5,754 nucleotides of DNA. Origin: a virus. The position numbers and the translations under genes were made by a program. The DNA lies in IMG/VR virus record IMGVR_UViG_3300045988_006092, positions 1-5,754 of that record. One strand, 5' to 3'. Of the stretch, positions 4,548 through 5,754 are shown piece by piece (the first letter of the stretch is position 1; each line of letters starts with the position of its first letter). The notes under the pieces are model-generated. The model had not been told where the DNA came from. It did no database searches and saw nothing but the letters and a program-made list of their open reading frames with translations.

Positions 4548-4786
4548 AACACATGTACTTTACCATCCGCGACAAAGTAGCAAAAAAATTCGTCCATGTG
4601 TGCGAGAGCGATAACGCTGAAACCATGGCACGCATGTGCAAAGCACTCGAGCGAGATGAAAAAACCTTTATCGGTCAAACCCCGGGCGACTTTGTGGCCT
4701 ATATGTGCGGCTATTTCGATGACGAAACCGGCGCGTTTGAACCTGTCGAGCTGGAAAAGGTATGGGAGGGAAAGCCGAATGAGTAA
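4544..4786 (+). CDS. VP5: VP5-like non-structural protein (putative ssDNA synthesis/packaging factor, phiX174 C analogue)
   Basis: 80-aa ORF. The GTG start overlaps the preceding TGA (GTGA), with GAGGGGGG upstream; an alternative ATG lies at 4553. The pattern YFTIRDKVAKKF...NAETMARMC...PGDFVAYMCGYFDDETGAF matches my recollection of the gokushovirus VP5 family, and its position immediately upstream of VP3 is canonical. Confidence 0.68.
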   Translation: MKHMYFTIRDKVAKKFVHVCESDNAETMARMCKALERDEKTFIGQTPGDFVAYMCGYFDDETGAFEPVELEKVWEGKPNE

Positions 4787-5195
4787 AATTTACTCACGAT
4801 TTGATCTTCCAGAAGCAAAGCCAACCGAATGCGGCGACCGAATGCGCGATACCTACAAGTGGGCCAAAAACGAAAAAGGCGAAAAATACCTGATGCATGA
4901 TGCAGACATCGACAGACAGGCAGAAATTGAATCGTATGCCGACGAGTGCGATATTAAAAACATCGTTGCACGAGCATCTTTTGACCCAATCTTTGCACAG
5001 AGCCTTGCACAGGGAAGCACCGGACAGTATACAGATATCACGGACTATCCGGAAACCATCCACGAGCTGAAACGCAGGGCAGACGCGGCAGGAAAAACCA
5101 TAGAAGAAATCAACGAGCAACTGCAAAAGATGCAGACAGAAGAGCCGGAAGAAAAGCCGAAAGAAGAGGTGAAGAACGAGAATGAACCGGAATAA
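4779..5195 (+). CDS. VP3: Internal scaffolding protein VP3, 138 aa
   Basis: ATG at 4779 lies 8 nt after GGGAGGG and overlaps the VP5 stop by 8 nt. It has an ECDIKNIV segment, DITDYPETIHE, and an acidic Glu/Lys-rich tail. It sits immediately upstream of VP1 and overlaps it by 14 nt, as in gokushoviruses. The track's longer 4596 start has no SD and would overprint all of VP5. Confidence 0.72.
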   Translation: MSKIYSRFDLPEAKPTECGDRMRDTYKWAKNEKGEKYLMHDADIDRQAEIESYADECDIKNIVARASFDPIFAQSLAQGSTGQYTDITDYPETIHELKRRADAAGKTIEEINEQLQKMQTEEPEEKPKEEVKNENEPE

Positions 5196-5754
5196 CGAAG
5201 CACATTTCGACCAAATTCCGAAAACATACATTAGCCGAAGCCGATTCAAACGCGACCAGAACGTGAAGCTTACATTTGACGCTGGAAAACTGATTCCTTT
5301 TTATGTAGACGAAGTTCTGCCGGGCGATACTTTCAGCGTAGACACAATCGGCCTAGTACGCATGACCACACCAATCGTCCCGGTGATGGACAACTGCTAC
5401 TTGGATGTATACTACTTCTTCGTACCAAACCGAATTGTATGGGATAATTGGAAAGAATTCTGCGGTGAAAACACAGCCGAAGCGTGGGCACAAAAAGAAG
5501 TATACAGTGTACCACAAATAAATATCGGAGTCGGAACAATCGACAAAGACCACAAAACACAAACAAAAGCAAACGCAACACCGGCAGAGAACTCCATTCT
5601 GGATTACATGGGAATCCCGACAAAAATCAACACAGGAGGAGTAAACGACAAGTTAAGCATCAACGCGTTACCTGTGCGCGGATATGTCAGAATTTGGAAC
5701 GAATGGTTTAGAGATCAGAACCTGGATGACCCAGTACCAGATTTAACAGGTGAC
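5182..5754 (+). CDS. VP1: Major capsid protein VP1, N-terminal part. It is open to the window end and continues at base 1 via the circular junction
   Basis: ATG at 5182 lies 10 nt after GAGGTG. My translation has no stop through 5754: MNRNNEAHFDQIPKTYISRSRFKRDQNVKLTFDAGKLIPFYVDEVLPGDTF...PIVPVMDNCYLDVYYFFVPNRIVWDNWKEF...ILDYMGIP. This is a classic microvirus F/VP1 N-terminus. It is absent from the ORF track only because it has no stop inside the window. Confidence 0.93.
   Translation, partial: MNRNNEAHFDQIPKTYISRSRFKRDQNVKLTFDAGKLIPFYVDEVLPGDTFSVDTIGLVRMTTPIVPVMDNCYLDVYYFFVPNRIVWDNWKEFCGENTAEAWAQKEVYSVPQINIGVGTIDKDHKTQTKANATPAENSILDYMGIPTKINTGGVNDKLSINALPVRGYVRIWNEWFRDQNLDDPVPDLTGD
5678..5754. 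repeat. Second copy of the 77-nt terminal redundancy (identical to 1..77)
   Basis: Identical to 1-77 by direct comparison. Confidence 0.95.

Noticed and set aside
4596-4778. Upstream extension of the VP3 frame, as the track's 199-aa ORF
   Set aside because: It would overprint nearly all of VP5 and has no SD. ATG 4779 follows GGGAGGG at 8 nt and gives a normal-sized 138-aa scaffold protein.
295-5623. All minus-strand ORFs in the track, for example 1035..1358, 3277..3519, 3781..4059, 3995..4267, 4264..4497, 4794..5249 and 5333..5623
   Set aside because: Each lies antisense to a confidently assigned + strand gene or to the repeat-rich intergenic region. Their Phe/Leu/Cys/Arg-rich low-complexity products are what the complement of an A-rich, T-poor strand gives. 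None has a convincing SD. Microviridae transcribe a single strand.

Overview
The window is one complete, circularly permuted Microviridae genome of gokushovirus type. Bases 1-77 are identical to bases 5678-5754, so the unit length is 5677 nt. The junction lies inside the major capsid gene and keeps its reading frame. All supportable genes are on the + strand and tightly packed, with many overlapping stop/start junctions. The order is VP1 major capsid (5182..5677 joined to 1..1232, 575 aa), VP2 pilot/minor capsid (1270..2121), VP4 HUH rolling-circle replication initiator (2123..3145), an unusually large accessory segment (3146..4547), VP5-like protein (4544..4786) and VP3 internal scaffold (4779..5195). 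The accessory segment starts with about 490 nt of non-coding DNA. This holds a 10-bp tandem repeat abutting a strong stem-loop/terminator, a 46-nt GC island made of two perfect 22-nt alternating pyrimidine-purine tracts, an array of 17-18-nt iteron-like repeats whose 5' halves match the relaxed DnaA-box consensus, phased A-tracts, and a near-consensus sigma70/sigmaA promoter. After that come a 59-aa acidic ORF, an M15-family zinc peptidase (endolysin-like, atypical for microviruses), and three translationally coupled micro-ORFs, two of them extremely basic and one a J/VP8-like DNA-binding protein ending in RGGTRL. I see no tRNA, rRNA, CRISPR array or transposable element. All minus-strand ORFs in the track look like antisense artefacts of a T-poor coding strand.
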